IMG/VR virus record: IMGVR_UViG_2845860650_000005
Span: 32,001 to 96,000 of that record
Reading direction: 5' to 3' (one strand)
Source: a virus
Lineage: Duplodnaviria; Caudoviricetes
Length of the DNA stretch: 64,000 bases
A program made the position numbers and the translations under genes. How positions within the stretch are numbered: the stretch's first letter is position 1; each line of letters begins with the position of its first letter. Below the pieces are notes generated by a model. The model was not told the DNA's origin, did no database searches, and saw only the letters and a list, made by a program, of their open reading frames with translations. Below are positions 37,796 through 48,083 of this stretch, one piece after another.

Positions 37796-39358
37796 TCCCG
37801 GTATTTTGTCAAATCTATAAGCCTGAAATCTGCTATTGATTGTTCCAGCTTGAATAATTCCATCACCTCGTCCCTGGAGCGAGGTTACAACTTCGCCGTG
37901 CCTGTGAAGCACCATTCGCCCATCAATCGCTTCGATACAGCGAAAGGCTATTCGTGCTGGTAGATTTGCTCTGAGGTCTGGCGGTAATCCTTGGGGGTCT
38001 TCTTTAGAGCGTTTAGAGCCGTGTTGCAACCCAATTACTATATGAATCCTTAATCCCCGCCCTCTGCGTGCGACTTCACAAAGTTGATCGTCGTAAAGTT
38101 TACGAAGTTTATCGTCGAAAGGCACAGTTCCTTTATATTCGTCAACTAACAAAATCCAAGGTTGCTGTGCAGCTAATTCAGACTTATTCATTGAGTTGCG
38201 GCGATCGCACTCCTGGTAATATTCGCCAACATATTCAAAAGTTTTGCCCATATCATTGGCGGTAATTGTAGGGAAGCGCTCGGCAAAATCTTCATAATCA
38301 CTAACTTTACCACCACAGATATCTACTCTTCCTCCCTGAGCCAAAAGGCAATAAGCAGCAGAGCGTAGAAAATTAGATTTACCAGAACCAGTTGTGCCGA
38401 CTACCAACACCTGGGGAGTATCTTCGTTGCCCAAATCGATAACCACTTCCCCATCAAGGGACTGTCCCAAAACTATTAATCTTCCCCCTTGCTGCCACTC
38501 ACGAATTGGGAAGTCATAAAATGTGCGTTCGGTTGCTCCTAATCCCACCTCCACTGCTACTTGTTCGCTACCAAAAACGTACATGGGAAATTCTTCATCC
38601 TTTCCCAGGGAAACTTTTGCAGCTTTTTTCCACTTCGGCAGTAAGTGGTAATCCACCGTCCGCAGACTAAAAATTAAACGCTGGTAACTCGGTGCTTTAT
38701 CAATCTTCAAACATTCGGTTTTCAATCCCACAACCGCAGCTGCTTTTTGTAGTTGAATCGTTGTATCTGATTGTTGTTGAATTTGTAGCGCTGCTGCTTG
38801 CGATATCGCGGTAGTTTGGGGAACTGATTGAGCGATGAATTGTTGCTCTTGTAATTCCGTTTGTCGATTTTGAGCAATCAATTTTGCTTGCTCCATTTGC
38901 ATTTGAGCATCGGAAACCGCAGTCAAAACATCTCCAATAGACGCACCATTTTGAACCATTCCCAGCGCCATCTGCACCACCGGGCCGTTCTTCCCAGTTA
39001 GTTGTAGCAGCTGTGTAAATATTGGTGCTGTTTGTTCTAACAATACCAACTGTCTTTCAATAGATTTATCTGCCTGTTCGTTGGCAAGTTTTGACTCGGC
39101 GGCGGATTGCAAATACTGTAATTGCTCTTCTACTTGGGTATCTTTCAGTACTCGTAAAGTATCTTCTGTGCGCTCGATGTCTTCGTACTTTTTACCCATT
39201 CCTTGGAGCATACAAATGGCATTAACTCCAAATGCGATCGCGGCGACATTCCTCGGATAAAATAACCAAGGCTCATTTTTATTAGCAGATAACACAAACA
39301 CCACCGCGAGCGCACCTTGCCCTATAATTCCTAACCAACGAAAAAACATTTCGACCAC
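37793..39358 (-). CDS. FtsK/SpoIIIE family ATPase with N-terminal TM helices
   Basis: GTTGSGKS, LLVDE, RGRGLRIH, RIAF, LQGRGDG. Confidence 0.85.
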   Translation of the reverse strand: MVEMFFRWLGIIGQGALAVVFVLSANKNEPWLFYPRNVAAIAFGVNAICMLQGMGKKYEDIERTEDTLRVLKDTQVEEQLQYLQSAAESKLANEQADKSIERQLVLLEQTAPIFTQLLQLTGKNGPVVQMALGMVQNGASIGDVLTAVSDAQMQMEQAKLIAQNRQTELQEQQFIAQSVPQTTAISQAAALQIQQQSDTTIQLQKAAAVVGLKTECLKIDKAPSYQRLIFSLRTVDYHLLPKWKKAAKVSLGKDEEFPMYVFGSEQVAVEVGLGATERTFYDFPIREWQQGGRLIVLGQSLDGEVVIDLGNEDTPQVLVVGTTGSGKSNFLRSAAYCLLAQGGRVDICGGKVSDYEDFAERFPTITANDMGKTFEYVGEYYQECDRRNSMNKSELAAQQPWILLVDEYKGTVPFDDKLRKLYDDQLCEVARRGRGLRIHIVIGLQHGSKRSKEDPQGLPPDLRANLPARIAFRCIEAIDGRMVLHRHGEVVTSLQGRGDGIIQAGTINSRFQAYRFDKIPG

Positions 39359-39591
39359 CCAAAGACTAATCCAACCGCCACAGCTTGGAATGTAAGCGAA
39401 TTATTTTGATGCCCTTTTAGATAAAAAATTACTGCTGCAAGTGCGATCGCATACTGTGAGTGAGAGAGTACCGCAATCAATTGTGCGAATGCACTTGCAA
39501 CAACAAATCCAAACACAGACTGCAAAATCTTGCAAATTTCAGAGCCACTCATGAATATCCTTGTTGCATTGCTAAAATAATTTGTTTGCAA
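39331..39591 (-). CDS. Small membrane protein
   Basis: Hydrophobic segments. Confidence 0.55.
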   Translation of the reverse strand: MQTNYFSNATRIFMSGSEICKILQSVFGFVVASAFAQLIAVLSHSQYAIALAAVIFYLKGHQNNSLTFQAVAVGLVFGWSKCFFVG

Positions 39592-39779
39592 TACTCGTTA
39601 TTTGCGTTAATGATGGTGTTTATAGCGTCGCGAACATCAGAAGATTCTGCGTATTCTGAAGATACAAATTCCAGCAACGAACTAATTACTTCATTATTAG
39701 AATCAACCAACTTTTGTCCTGCATGAATAACTTGTAAAAAAGTTGATTCAGAGTTGTTAGTCGTAACTACCGCAATCAT
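39549..39779 (-). CDS. Hypothetical protein
   Basis: AGGAG SD. Confidence 0.55.
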   Translation of the reverse strand: MIAVVTTNNSESTFLQVIHAGQKLVDSNNEVISSLLEFVSSEYAESSDVRDAINTIINANNEYCKQIILAMQQGYS

Positions 39780-39953
39780 TTAGTATCTCCTGATAACTTT
39801 CTTAGGTTGATGCTGAATCCAAAATCCGAAAACGCCACACCCGGATAACCCAATACCAAGCCAAATTAGCTTACGTGCTTCAAATTTTTGTACGCCAAAA
39901 CAACCAATTCCAAAGCAGACAATCAAAAATGCTGTAACTGCAATTTTTTTCAT
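39780..39953 (-). CDS. Small two-TM protein (57 aa, MKKIAVTAFL...)
   Basis: Manual translation; coupled to neighbours. Confidence 0.6.
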   Translation of the reverse strand: MKKIAVTAFLIVCFGIGCFGVQKFEARKLIWLGIGLSGCGVFGFWIQHQPKKVIRRY

Positions 39954-40603
39954 TACGATGCTTTTATCCTTTGTGTAACTCCAAATGAAGCGCCTGAATA
40001 TCTTGCTTCTCTAAGTTGACGGAACTTATCAACTAAAGAAGTTGTTTGCTCCTCGTAAGGTGTTGGCTCTTTTTTAGTCGTTTCAGTTGTTAATCGCTCT
40101 TGCTTTTTAGCTTTATTTTCTGTGTATTGAGAAGCAATGCGATTAAGACTAAGCTCTAAATCGTATTGTTTGCTGGCGATCGCACTTCTAGAATCGCCAA
40201 CAATTTTTCTGTATTCAGCTTCTAAACCCGCAAGACTTGTTTTCAAGTCTTTCTCCAACTGAGCAATAGTTACTCTAGATTGAGCAACATTTTCACTCAC
40301 AGTAGATTGAGTTTCTCTGACTTTAACCAGAGCTTTTAAATATCTAGAAATTGCTGTCGAATATTCACCCCAGTTTTTTGATTGAAGTTCAGCACCTTTA
40401 GCTTTTTCAATAGCAGAAGCTACATCTTCATCGCTCAAGTCGCCAAAAACTTTAAACCCAGCAGGCAGCATATCAGCAATACGCTGAGCGTTTTCCCAAA
40501 CCTCCAATTCCAAACCAAAATGGGAATCGGGAAAGACGATCGCATTGGTAATACTGCCATTTAAGTCAGAAAGGTCTAAATCATTCGACTTTTGTTTTGC
40601 CAT
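39953..40603 (-). CDS. Coiled-coil protein
   Basis: 216 aa. Confidence 0.7.
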   Translation of the reverse strand: MAKQKSNDLDLSDLNGSITNAIVFPDSHFGLELEVWENAQRIADMLPAGFKVFGDLSDEDVASAIEKAKGAELQSKNWGEYSTAISRYLKALVKVRETQSTVSENVAQSRVTIAQLEKDLKTSLAGLEAEYRKIVGDSRSAIASKQYDLELSLNRIASQYTENKAKKQERLTTETTKKEPTPYEEQTTSLVDKFRQLREARYSGASFGVTQRIKAS

Positions 40604-40769
40604 TGTTAATAACCTCTACTTCTTGGCTTAAAAACAAATTCCATCTCGCCCTTACCAACCCACCAATAGCATCATCAGCGTTGATGCCGTAACAGTAGTA
40701 AACACCATCCGGATATATTACTTTAGCGAGATAAAGCTCCTTACGCACTGGCTCGACGGTTATTTTCAT
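40581..40769 (-). CDS. Small HicB-like fold protein
   Basis: YPDGVYYCYG.NADDA. Confidence 0.4.
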   Translation of the reverse strand: MKITVEPVRKELYLAKVIYPDGVYYCYGINADDAIGGLVRARWNLFLSQEVEVINNGKTKVE

Positions 40770-41628
40770 CTGACATTAATTAGCGAATCACAAGGCTTAT
40801 ACTCTACAAAAACATCATCTTCAAAAGCTTGCCATTTTCCATCAAGGGAACGGAAGTAACGAACATTGTCTTCAAGTTTTATTTCCAGGTTTAAGTCTGG
40901 AAATTTCAACAAATTATCCTGCTTAATTACTCTTATTACTTCAACGTCCCTATCAATTTGCATTCCTAAAGTTAAAGGAGTGCCTTTTTTCTTGTACTGC
41001 TGCCAGTAGTAGGAAAACTGATTTTTATCTAAGAAATTGACATTGCATACAGGACTACCAGATTCAAACAACAATGCAAATATTCCTAAATCTGGATGAT
41101 GAATTTTACCTATACCTAAGTTCGCTTCGTAGTTCCAGTAGGCTCTGTGGAAGTCTGCGGTTTGCAAAATATTTGCTCCAATTTTTTGACGACAATTTTG
41201 GCAATAGATTGACGAAATAATGACCAAGCGTGGTTTTGTTGGATTTTTAGTTGGGCGGCAGCAATTTCAGCATCGCTGGGTAGAATGCTGCCACAGGTTT
41301 CCAAATTTTGAATGGCTTGGCGGAATGTCACCACCTCAGCATTAGCTGGGATATTGGGGGCAACAGCACTAGATAATCTCTGCAATGCTCCTTTTACTGT
41401 TGCGGATTCATTTTTGACGCGCTCTAATTCTTGTTGCATCAGTTGGATGGTTGTGGCATTGCTTTGAGCGATAGTACGCTCAAAATCAATTAAGTAATTT
41501 TCGAGCTGCTGATTTACTAAACCCTGGACTATTTGGGAAATTTGGTGGATTGCCTTACCTTCTGATAATGCTTGAATTGAGGCTTGAATTTCAGGCGATA
41601 GGTTTGGCGTTGCATCGGAGTCCTGCAT
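40766..41628 (-). CDS. Two overlapping ORFs (41116-41628 and 40766-41227), possibly one frameshifted gene
   Basis: 112-nt overlap in the -1 frame. Confidence 0.5.
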
Positions 41629-42127
41629 CGGTTTCTTCCCAGGTAATTTCGATTTTCAATCTAGAAGCAAATGCTTCTACAGTTTTTCTCATATCCTCTT
41701 CGGATAAAAGTTCACAAGCATCGATAAGTTTTGGCAGATCTACATCAATAAATTGCTGTTGCTGTTGCAGTTTGAATTTCTTCATTTTTTCGGCGAACTC
41801 TGCCCTAGCTTGCTGCATCCCAGAAAGCCTTGCCTTTTCAGTTGCCGCCAATCGACCCAGTTCAACGGTTTTAGCCAACTTTTCCTCGTCCGATGCTAGA
41901 GCATCAATCTCCCGCTTGGACTGTATCAAACGCCCAATCATAGCAGCGCATAAATCTGCATCAAACGAGATTTCCAACTCTTGGATTAATAAAGCCTGGG
42001 CCTGCGGTATTTCTGTTGGAATTGTGCTGCTGATTTCGTTTTTTGGTCGTCGGGCCAAAATACTTTTAGATTTCGACTCAATTTCTGTATGTTCCGGAGC
42101 CACCGTCAACTGATTACTACGAGCCAT
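41591..42127 (-). CDS. Coiled-coil protein
   Basis: 178 aa. Confidence 0.65.
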   Translation of the reverse strand: MARSNQLTVAPEHTEIESKSKSILARRPKNEISSTIPTEIPQAQALLIQELEISFDADLCAAMIGRLIQSKREIDALASDEEKLAKTVELGRLAATEKARLSGMQQARAEFAEKMKKFKLQQQQQFIDVDLPKLIDACELLSEEDMRKTVEAFASRLKIEITWEETDAGLRCNAKPIA

Positions 42128-42921
42128 TAAGCAATTCTCCTTTTATCACTTGCAATTTTTCTCCAATTACTCAATTCCGCAACTGAATAATGCTTTTTCT
42201 GGCTATATTCACCCCATCTGTACAGGGTGAATAGTGAAACCTTAAACCCACAAGCAGCAAGGTATTTGGGTAAATCTTTTCCCTTGCACCCCTTCATGTG
42301 CCACTCGTGAAACTGCTTACCACTGGATGCTGTTTCTAGCGTCATCGCTTCACGGGTGCGATCGCGCATCATCAACAATAAGCGATTCACCGAAGGAAGA
42401 CTACCTTTGTAGTTGTCACGCCGCCAGCAAGCAATGAATACTAATAGTGTTGCTGTACCCTCATCAACTTGTTTGATTCTTAGAGAAAGTCCGAGGTGCT
42501 TCTTCCAATTAACCCAGCACTTCCTAGAAATCTCCCTCCCCATAATTTCGTCACAGCAAACTTTAACCTTGGCGATCGCTACTAATTTCTCTTGAGGTTG
42601 AGTTTTTGGAGTTTCCCCGTTGGCGATCGCTTCAAATACTTCCTCAATTTTGTATTCATTACTTAGCCAGTATTGTCTGAGGGTTTTGTAGGTCAGCTTG
42701 CGCCTGGGGAACTGCCGCCTAAACCACGCTAAGCACAAGAATAATTGTGTTTGCTCGTCAGTATATTTGCGAGTTTTTAGTCTTTTACCTTGGGCATAAC
42801 AAGCTCCTACAAGTTCTTGCCAATGATGCCAGGTTCTATAGGGGATTTTTCTGCGAAGAATTATCTCGCATTGTTTGATTAAGTTCGGATGCTGGGCCAT
42901 CCAATCTTCGATGATTGTCAT
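42127..42921 (-). CDS. Repeat-domain putative DNA-binding protein (MerR-like HTH repeats)
   Basis: Two similar units C..I..R.I....W..W....G. Confidence 0.55.
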   Translation of the reverse strand: MTIIEDWMAQHPNLIKQCEIILRRKIPYRTWHHWQELVGACYAQGKRLKTRKYTDEQTQLFLCLAWFRRQFPRRKLTYKTLRQYWLSNEYKIEEVFEAIANGETPKTQPQEKLVAIAKVKVCCDEIMGREISRKCWVNWKKHLGLSLRIKQVDEGTATLLVFIACWRRDNYKGSLPSVNRLLLMMRDRTREAMTLETASSGKQFHEWHMKGCKGKDLPKYLAACGFKVSLFTLYRWGEYSQKKHYSVAELSNWRKIASDKRRIA

Positions 42922-43075
42922 TTTTCACGATTAACCAAGTTGCAAGAATACAAAACGTGATTACCCCAACCACCACACAAAATTCTAAAATTCCCGACTC
43001 ATTATGCTCAATTTTGATGCTAGTTTCCACCCTACCATCTGCATGGATAACTGATTTCTCCTCCTTTTTGTACAC
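42836..43075 (-). CDS. Small membrane protein
   Basis: One TM helix. Confidence 0.45.
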   Translation of the reverse strand: MYKKEEKSVIHADGRVETSIKIEHNESGILEFCVVVGVITFCILATWLIVKNDNHRRLDGPASELNQTMRDNSSQKNPL

Positions 43076-43387
43076 ATCTAATTCCTGCTTTATGTGTATT
43101 AATTTGTATCTGCTTACTCAGCACCCCAAAAACACAACACCTTCAAAAGCGCGATTTAGCAGAGGTAATTTTTTGCTTAACTTTAGGTAACTTGATTCAA
43201 AACAAGACAAATCAAGAGTTTTGTGAAAAGTTGGCTTTTCATCAGTCCCTCTCTATGGTTTTTTGAGCCTCTGCACTTTGGCAATTGTGCCAATTTATTG
43301 AAGTTTGTGAATTCTGCAAAAACCCCCGCAAACCTTATCCTCAAAGCATCATCACCAGAATTGACGATTAAATCTGCAATACAAAAT

Positions 43388-43708
43388 TTAGTCTTGGTCA
43401 AGAGTCAAGTGTACGGTGACTCTATGTCTATTTTTGTACTGGTTTTGTAGGTGATGTAACTTTTGCTCAATACTGCTTTGGTGTTTTTGGAACAACTTTT
43501 CAAGTTCCTCTTTCGAGGTGTTGTTGAATTGTTCCCGGCTGTGGATTCCTGGTTTAATTCCAAGGAAAGTTCTGATTTCGAGAACTCTTCGGACTTCGCC
43601 CCAGGATAAATGGTTATTCCCAAATAATCCCAAAGCCTTTAGGTCTTCATTTATTGTGTCCCGACTTTGGATGTCTAAAAGCTCGCGGCATTCTTTGATT
43701 GTTGGCAT
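43388..43708 (-). CDS. HTH-like protein
   Basis: MPTIKECRELLDIQSRDTINEDL. Confidence 0.55.
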   Translation of the reverse strand: MPTIKECRELLDIQSRDTINEDLKALGLFGNNHLSWGEVRRVLEIRTFLGIKPGIHSREQFNNTSKEELEKLFQKHQSSIEQKLHHLQNQYKNRHRVTVHLTLDQD

Positions 43709-43963
43709 GACTATTGGGCGGTTTTTCTAAGTTCCTCTTTTACCTCTTGCCACGACCGATTTGTTGAAAGTTGCTGAGCATTTTCAATTAATTTTTTATA
43801 GTTGGCGCTCGTACCGTCGCCGCGTGCTGAATTGATTGCGAATATTTCAGCTTGTTGAGTATCGCTAAGTTTGTTCATATTTGTTCGTCGAAGGCTTGAA
43901 CACTTTCATACTAAAAAACCCATCAAAGATGGGCAAGTTCAAAATGGTAGTAACAATGGTGTT

Positions 43964-44230
43964 TCAGTCTTTGATGCCTGAATTATGCGCTTCAAAAAAT
44001 AAAACAGAAGTATGGTATTCTCGTTCTTCTTTGTCTTGAATAACCACTTCTGCGTTATCAAGATAAGCATTACGCATTGCCCACCCACCTTTTCTGATAT
44101 ACTGATTAGCTATTTTGAGCTTTATTTCAAATGGATATCGGATTCTACTGCCATCAACTGTATCGACTAAAGCTACGATCTCGTCGCCATCAGTAAGTTG
44201 TTTGCACAACTGAATTACGTAAGATTTCAT
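43964..44230 (-). CDS. Hypothetical protein
   Basis: 88 aa. Confidence 0.6.
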   Translation of the reverse strand: MKSYVIQLCKQLTDGDEIVALVDTVDGSRIRYPFEIKLKIANQYIRKGGWAMRNAYLDNAEVVIQDKEEREYHTSVLFFEAHNSGIKD

Positions 44231-44496
44231 GCCGATATCAATTGCTCCGAACTCAATTGCTGGTCAATTTTATTTGCCAAGATGAATGCCATTTTGGGAG
44301 GGTTGCGATAATTGCTAGCAGTTTTACTAAATGCCCATCGGCGTACTTCCGCTTCAGTCAGTCCAAATTCTCCGGCCAACTGATGGTAAGACCAATGGTG
44401 CTTTCTCATTAAGTCGATTGGGTGCATACTTGAATTGCTCTCCTGTGAGTTGTAAATAGCGAACAGGCGGGAAGTCCTGGAAGATGTCTCGCACAC
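44227..44496 (-). CDS. Cro/XRE-like HTH protein (start probably MHPIDL)
   Basis: WSYHQLAGEFGLTEAEVRRW. Confidence 0.7.
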   Translation of the reverse strand: MCETSSRTSRLFAIYNSQESNSSMHPIDLMRKHHWSYHQLAGEFGLTEAEVRRWAFSKTASNYRNPPKMAFILANKIDQQLSSEQLISA

Positions 44497-44550
44497 ATCT
44501 CCAGGGCGCTTTTTGAGTATCTTACCACGGTTTAAAATTTTTAGATAAAT

Positions 44551-44580
44551 TTGCCATCACATAAGGTAAACTAGTGGCAA
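44551..44580. promoter_or_regulatory. Inverted repeat in the divergent promoter region
   Basis: TTGCCA-N18-TGGCAA between divergent genes. Confidence 0.4.
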
Positions 44581-44596
44581 GAATAGACCTTAGAAA

Positions 44597-45109
44597 ATGG
44601 CATATCAATTCTCACTTACCTATTACTACATCACTCAAGAACATGACGATTACCTTACTTCATTCAGCGAAGCATCGGGGGATAGTCGGCAAACACTAGT
44701 TATGCAGTACGTTCGCGGATGGTTGGGACGCAACCGCAAATATTACGAACAGCTAGCAAAGATTGATGTAGCTAAAAGGGAAATGGATATTGATGAGTGG
44801 GTGAATGTAGTTATAAATGATGGTTTTGCTGGAATGCCTGACTATAGATATCCAATAGCGGATGGCGATATACCCCCCAATCCCCTTGGGCATATTGTCT
44901 TACCTGGAAATATGGAAAGGCGAGATATCAACTACATTCATTTGACCAAGCAAAACTACATTTTGCTAAGAACGGGCATTCATTTTGATGGTGGGCGAAT
45001 TGCTCACTTCATGTCAAAAGTTGTCCACGAACACTTATTTAGGAACTGGCAGGTACTTTACCTGCCACAAATTCAAGCCGAAACTTCAAATGATTGGTTA
45101 AAGGAGTAA
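44597..45109 (+). CDS. Putative regulator with duplicated RHH-like units
   Basis: Divergent from the Cro-like gene; YYYIT/YIHLT repeats. Confidence 0.55.
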   Translation: MAYQFSLTYYYITQEHDDYLTSFSEASGDSRQTLVMQYVRGWLGRNRKYYEQLAKIDVAKREMDIDEWVNVVINDGFAGMPDYRYPIADGDIPPNPLGHIVLPGNMERRDINYIHLTKQNYILLRTGIHFDGGRIAHFMSKVVHEHLFRNWQVLYLPQIQAETSNDWLKE

Positions 45110-45113
45110 GACA

Positions 45114-45446
45114 ATGGTAGCAACCCCAGCTAATAGCGAATTGACTTTAGAAAAAGTCACTGCCGCGATCGCACTTATCTTAGAAGAACTTGGCGAACCA
45201 CAAAATGAAGCACAGCGCCAAGGCTTATCGGCTTATAAGTCTGGTAATCAGACATTTGTGAAGAGGTTATCGCTAGTAAACCCAACCGACTATTTCCTTA
45301 AATCGTTGGGGTATTTGGGAGGAGCATTAAAGCTGACACCCAACACAGACACGATTCTTGCAGAGTCTCTGCGCGCAGCTGTCGATCATCGCAGAGAAGC
45401 AAAGTTGCAGGAGTTGGGCTTCAAAATTGGTGAAATTCTAGATTGA
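45114..45446 (+). CDS. Hypothetical protein
   Basis: AGGAG SD. Confidence 0.7.
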   Translation: MVATPANSELTLEKVTAAIALILEELGEPQNEAQRQGLSAYKSGNQTFVKRLSLVNPTDYFLKSLGYLGGALKLTPNTDTILAESLRAAVDHRREAKLQELGFKIGEILD

Positions 45447-45461
45447 GAATTTTCTTAGTGA

Positions 45462-45821
45462 ATGAGCGAGATCGCGCTCATTCACATTAAAAAACCCAGC
45501 TTTAATGCTGGGATCGCAGTTGAGTTTTACATACCTAAATTGATGATTAACCATTTTTACGATCCTTTAGCCCATTCGCCCCAAGAAAACCAACAGTATT
45601 TGATTGAGTTGGTCAAAGAAATGCGATCGCTTTTGGTGGAGATGCAGCACGGTGAAGAAGATTATTTGCGTTCCTCGAAAGATACTAGAGCAATGCTGCT
45701 GGCTGTTATATCAGAGGCGGAAAAATGCTTAAAGCCATCCGAAGAACCTAGTCGAAAAGATGAGATTGTAGTTGATTATGGGTTTAACCCAGAGCATTTA
45801 CAGCGTATTTTAGGTGAATGA
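45462..45821 (+). CDS. Hypothetical protein
   Basis: 119 aa. Confidence 0.6.
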   Translation: MSEIALIHIKKPSFNAGIAVEFYIPKLMINHFYDPLAHSPQENQQYLIELVKEMRSLLVEMQHGEEDYLRSSKDTRAMLLAVISEAEKCLKPSEEPSRKDEIVVDYGFNPEHLQRILGE

Positions 45822-46147
45822 GGTACATGGTAAAGGCGAACGTCCGTTCGCCTTTACAATAGTCTGTACCTTATAAACTCCGAATCTGCTGTGTATGACC
45901 GTTGAAGAACTGATTGAGAAGTTGCGATCGGTTTCCTTTAGATATGCAGGTTGCAATCCGCGCTAGCAATAACTGGCTGGAAATTGTATCGATATGTCGC
46001 GCTTTTGAGCATCCACCGTCTGAACCCCACAACGCTCAGACGTTAACTACAACTTTTGGTTTAACTCTCAACACGGACGCGCACCGACTTGGGCAGATGC
46101 GATGGCTCACTACTCAGAAAAGGTGCAGCAAAAGTGGATGACTCAAT

Positions 46148-46187
46148 TTAGTAAGTGCGGAACAGATATCTATTCCGCACTTACTAA
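46148..46187. repeat. Long perfect inverted repeat
   Basis: TTAGTAAGTGCGGAA...TTCCGCACTTACTAA. Confidence 0.8.
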
Positions 46188-46204
46188 CTGGCAATTTAAA
46201 ATCC

Positions 46205-46238
46205 GAGCAAGAACTTAGCGATCGCCTAAATTCTTGAC
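46205..46238. repeat. 34-bp HIP1-centred quasi-palindrome, copy 1 (copy 2 at 48326-48421 is interrupted)
   Basis: GAGCAAGAACTTAGCGATCGCCTAAATTCTTGAC. Confidence 0.9.
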
Positions 46239-46255
46239 CTGCTAAAAGTCTGGGA

Positions 46256-46462
46256 ATGATACCATACTCTATGAACCAATTAATAACTCAAGCCCAAGCA
46301 AGTCGCCTGTGGGCGATCGCCTATAAAGAACTCGGATTAAAAGAAAAAGAAGTAAGATTGGTTTTTGGAGAATTTGGAGTAACTTCCACAACCGATATTC
46401 CGCTAAATCAATACAACCAAGTTCTTCAAAGGCTCAAGGAATATGCCGATGTGGAATTTTAA
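46256..46462 (+). CDS. Small helical protein
   Basis: ITQAQASRLWAIA motif seen in phage recombination-protein tails. Confidence 0.55.
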   Translation: MIPYSMNQLITQAQASRLWAIAYKELGLKEKEVRLVFGEFGVTSTTDIPLNQYNQVLQRLKEYADVEF

Positions 46463-46467
46463 TAACA

Positions 46468-46719
46468 ATGACCAACCTAGATTATTCAGAGCATAGATAC
46501 GCCATCATCACCCCAGACGGCAAGGGCAAATACACCCTCACTTACGATTTAGACGGTAAAGAATGGCGACATCCATCTGCCTGGGAAAGTGTTGAGCCGA
46601 TCGAGGAATATATCAATCGCTTTACAAAAGAAACATCCACTAGTTTCTACAAACTTATTCGAGATTCCCCCGAAGGCAGAATTTATAGAAGAAATCGGCT
46701 CCCTAGCATCTACTTGTGA
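46468..46719 (+). CDS. Hypothetical protein
   Basis: 83 aa. Confidence 0.6.
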   Translation: MTNLDYSEHRYAIITPDGKGKYTLTYDLDGKEWRHPSAWESVEPIEEYINRFTKETSTSFYKLIRDSPEGRIYRRNRLPSIYL

Positions 46720-46780
46720 GGCGTTAGCCCTTGGTTTTGTATAGGGCTAATAAATGGCATGTTCGCAGGAAAAACTAAAC

Positions 46781-46807
46781 GTGGGGTGGGCATCTTGCCC
46801 ACCCCAC
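46781..46807. repeat. REP-like palindrome
   Basis: GTGGGGTGGGCA-TCT-TGCCCACCCCAC. Confidence 0.75.
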
Positions 46808-46842
46808 AATCAAATCTATCCCAACATTTAAGGCTAGACATG

Positions 46843-46964
46843 CTAGTGGTCTGTCCCATTAATTTTGCTGGGTTAATAAACGAACTGCAAAGGGCGCAAA
46901 GAGCGCAAAGAAAGAAAAATTAAGAATGAGTTTACCCATCAGAACTAATGGGACAGACCACTAG
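46843..46964. mobile_element. MITE with ~19-bp TIRs and CTAG ends
   Basis: CTAGTGGTCTGTCCCATTA ... TAATGGGACAGACCACTAG. Confidence 0.85.
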
Positions 46965-47107
46965 TACAAACGGTTGCACGAAAAACCCAGCATCAAAGCT
47001 GGGTAGGAAATTGTAATAGATTGATTAACTAATTTTTAACAAACCCACAGGCGCGATCGCACCCCCTCACTCCTTGTTCGTGACACTGGCAATACAAAGG
47101 TCAAGTA

Positions 47108-47329
47108 GTGCCCAAGGATTTTGATGAGTATTGGGAGAGCAATAATTTGCCTGCGATCGCGGTTCAAGCAATTATAAAATCGTTTGAACAAAAGATGAAC
47201 GAACGCATTACTTACCCCCATACTCGTTTACAATGCACTTATCAAGAACTGCTATATTTACAATCAAAGCAAATCGCTTGGTTTTTAACTGGAGAAATTG
47301 AAGAATATTACTCACCTGATTTGAGGTAA
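47108..47329 (+). CDS. Hypothetical protein
   Basis: 73 aa. Confidence 0.5.
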   Translation: MPKDFDEYWESNNLPAIAVQAIIKSFEQKMNERITYPHTRLQCTYQELLYLQSKQIAWFLTGEIEEYYSPDLR

Positions 47330-47544
47330 ATTATGTTTACAACTACTAAAACCAATAACCAACCGACAACTTTCCCGCTTGTACCTGATAGTTTAGCTTT
47401 CTCATCGCTACAAACAAAAGGGATTCATGACCATAACATAGATAAAACACTTAAATTGATTACTTTTACTTTTCATATTCAAAGCTATTCTCAAGGAGTT
47501 TATATAAATAGAAATTATTTTTCAATAAAACATTAAAAAGTTCG

Positions 47545-47800
47545 TGCCTTCTTCAAGGAATTCTGTTTCCTGCCCACTGAGAGCGACCAAAGGGAGTAAG
47601 GGTTTAAGTCCCCCACCAAAATCGAACGCGAGTGCGTCTCGTTGGCGCAGCCTCTCGTAGAGAAGAGAAGCCTACACTGATTGCAAACCTTCTGCCTTCT
47701 GCCCTCTGCCTTCTTGTGTAGGTCTGTTCGCGTAGCGTCTCGTAGAGAAGCCCAGACTGCATTGCATCCTTCTGCCCTCTGCCCTCTGCCTTCTTCACAG
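47545..47800. repeat. Nested heptamer MITE with small dispersed repeats
   Basis: GCGCAGCCTCTCGTAGAGAAG and GCGTAGCGTCTCGTAGAGAAG units inside CTGCCTT arms. Confidence 0.75.
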
Positions 47801-47813
47801 CTTTGACAACATA

Positions 47814-48083
47814 ATGCTTACTTTAGAGACAGAGTTTGAAATTCAAAAAGTAAAAAAGATAGCTTTAGAACATGGTTTAAATTTTCACGCTCAAGGAACA
47901 TTAAGTTTTAATGTTTTAGACGAATATTTAGAGTGTTTAGATGAAATCTCACCTTTATTTGCCACCGTTAAATGGGATGGCAGACGATGGATTTGTAGAC
48001 GTATGGGTCTATATTACACGTCGTTTTCTGCGCTTGAAACAGTTTTTCAAAAAGCCAATAGTTTATATTTTTGGGAAGAATGA
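47814..48083 (+). CDS. Hypothetical protein
   Basis: 89 aa. Confidence 0.6.
   Translation: MLTLETEFEIQKVKKIALEHGLNFHAQGTLSFNVLDEYLECLDEISPLFATVKWDGRRWICRRMGLYYTSFSALETVFQKANSLYFWEE

Noticed and set aside
45822-46200. tRNA or known ncRNA in this hairpin-rich gap
   Set aside because: No cloverleaf or T-loop consensus; the hairpins look like REP or terminator elements.
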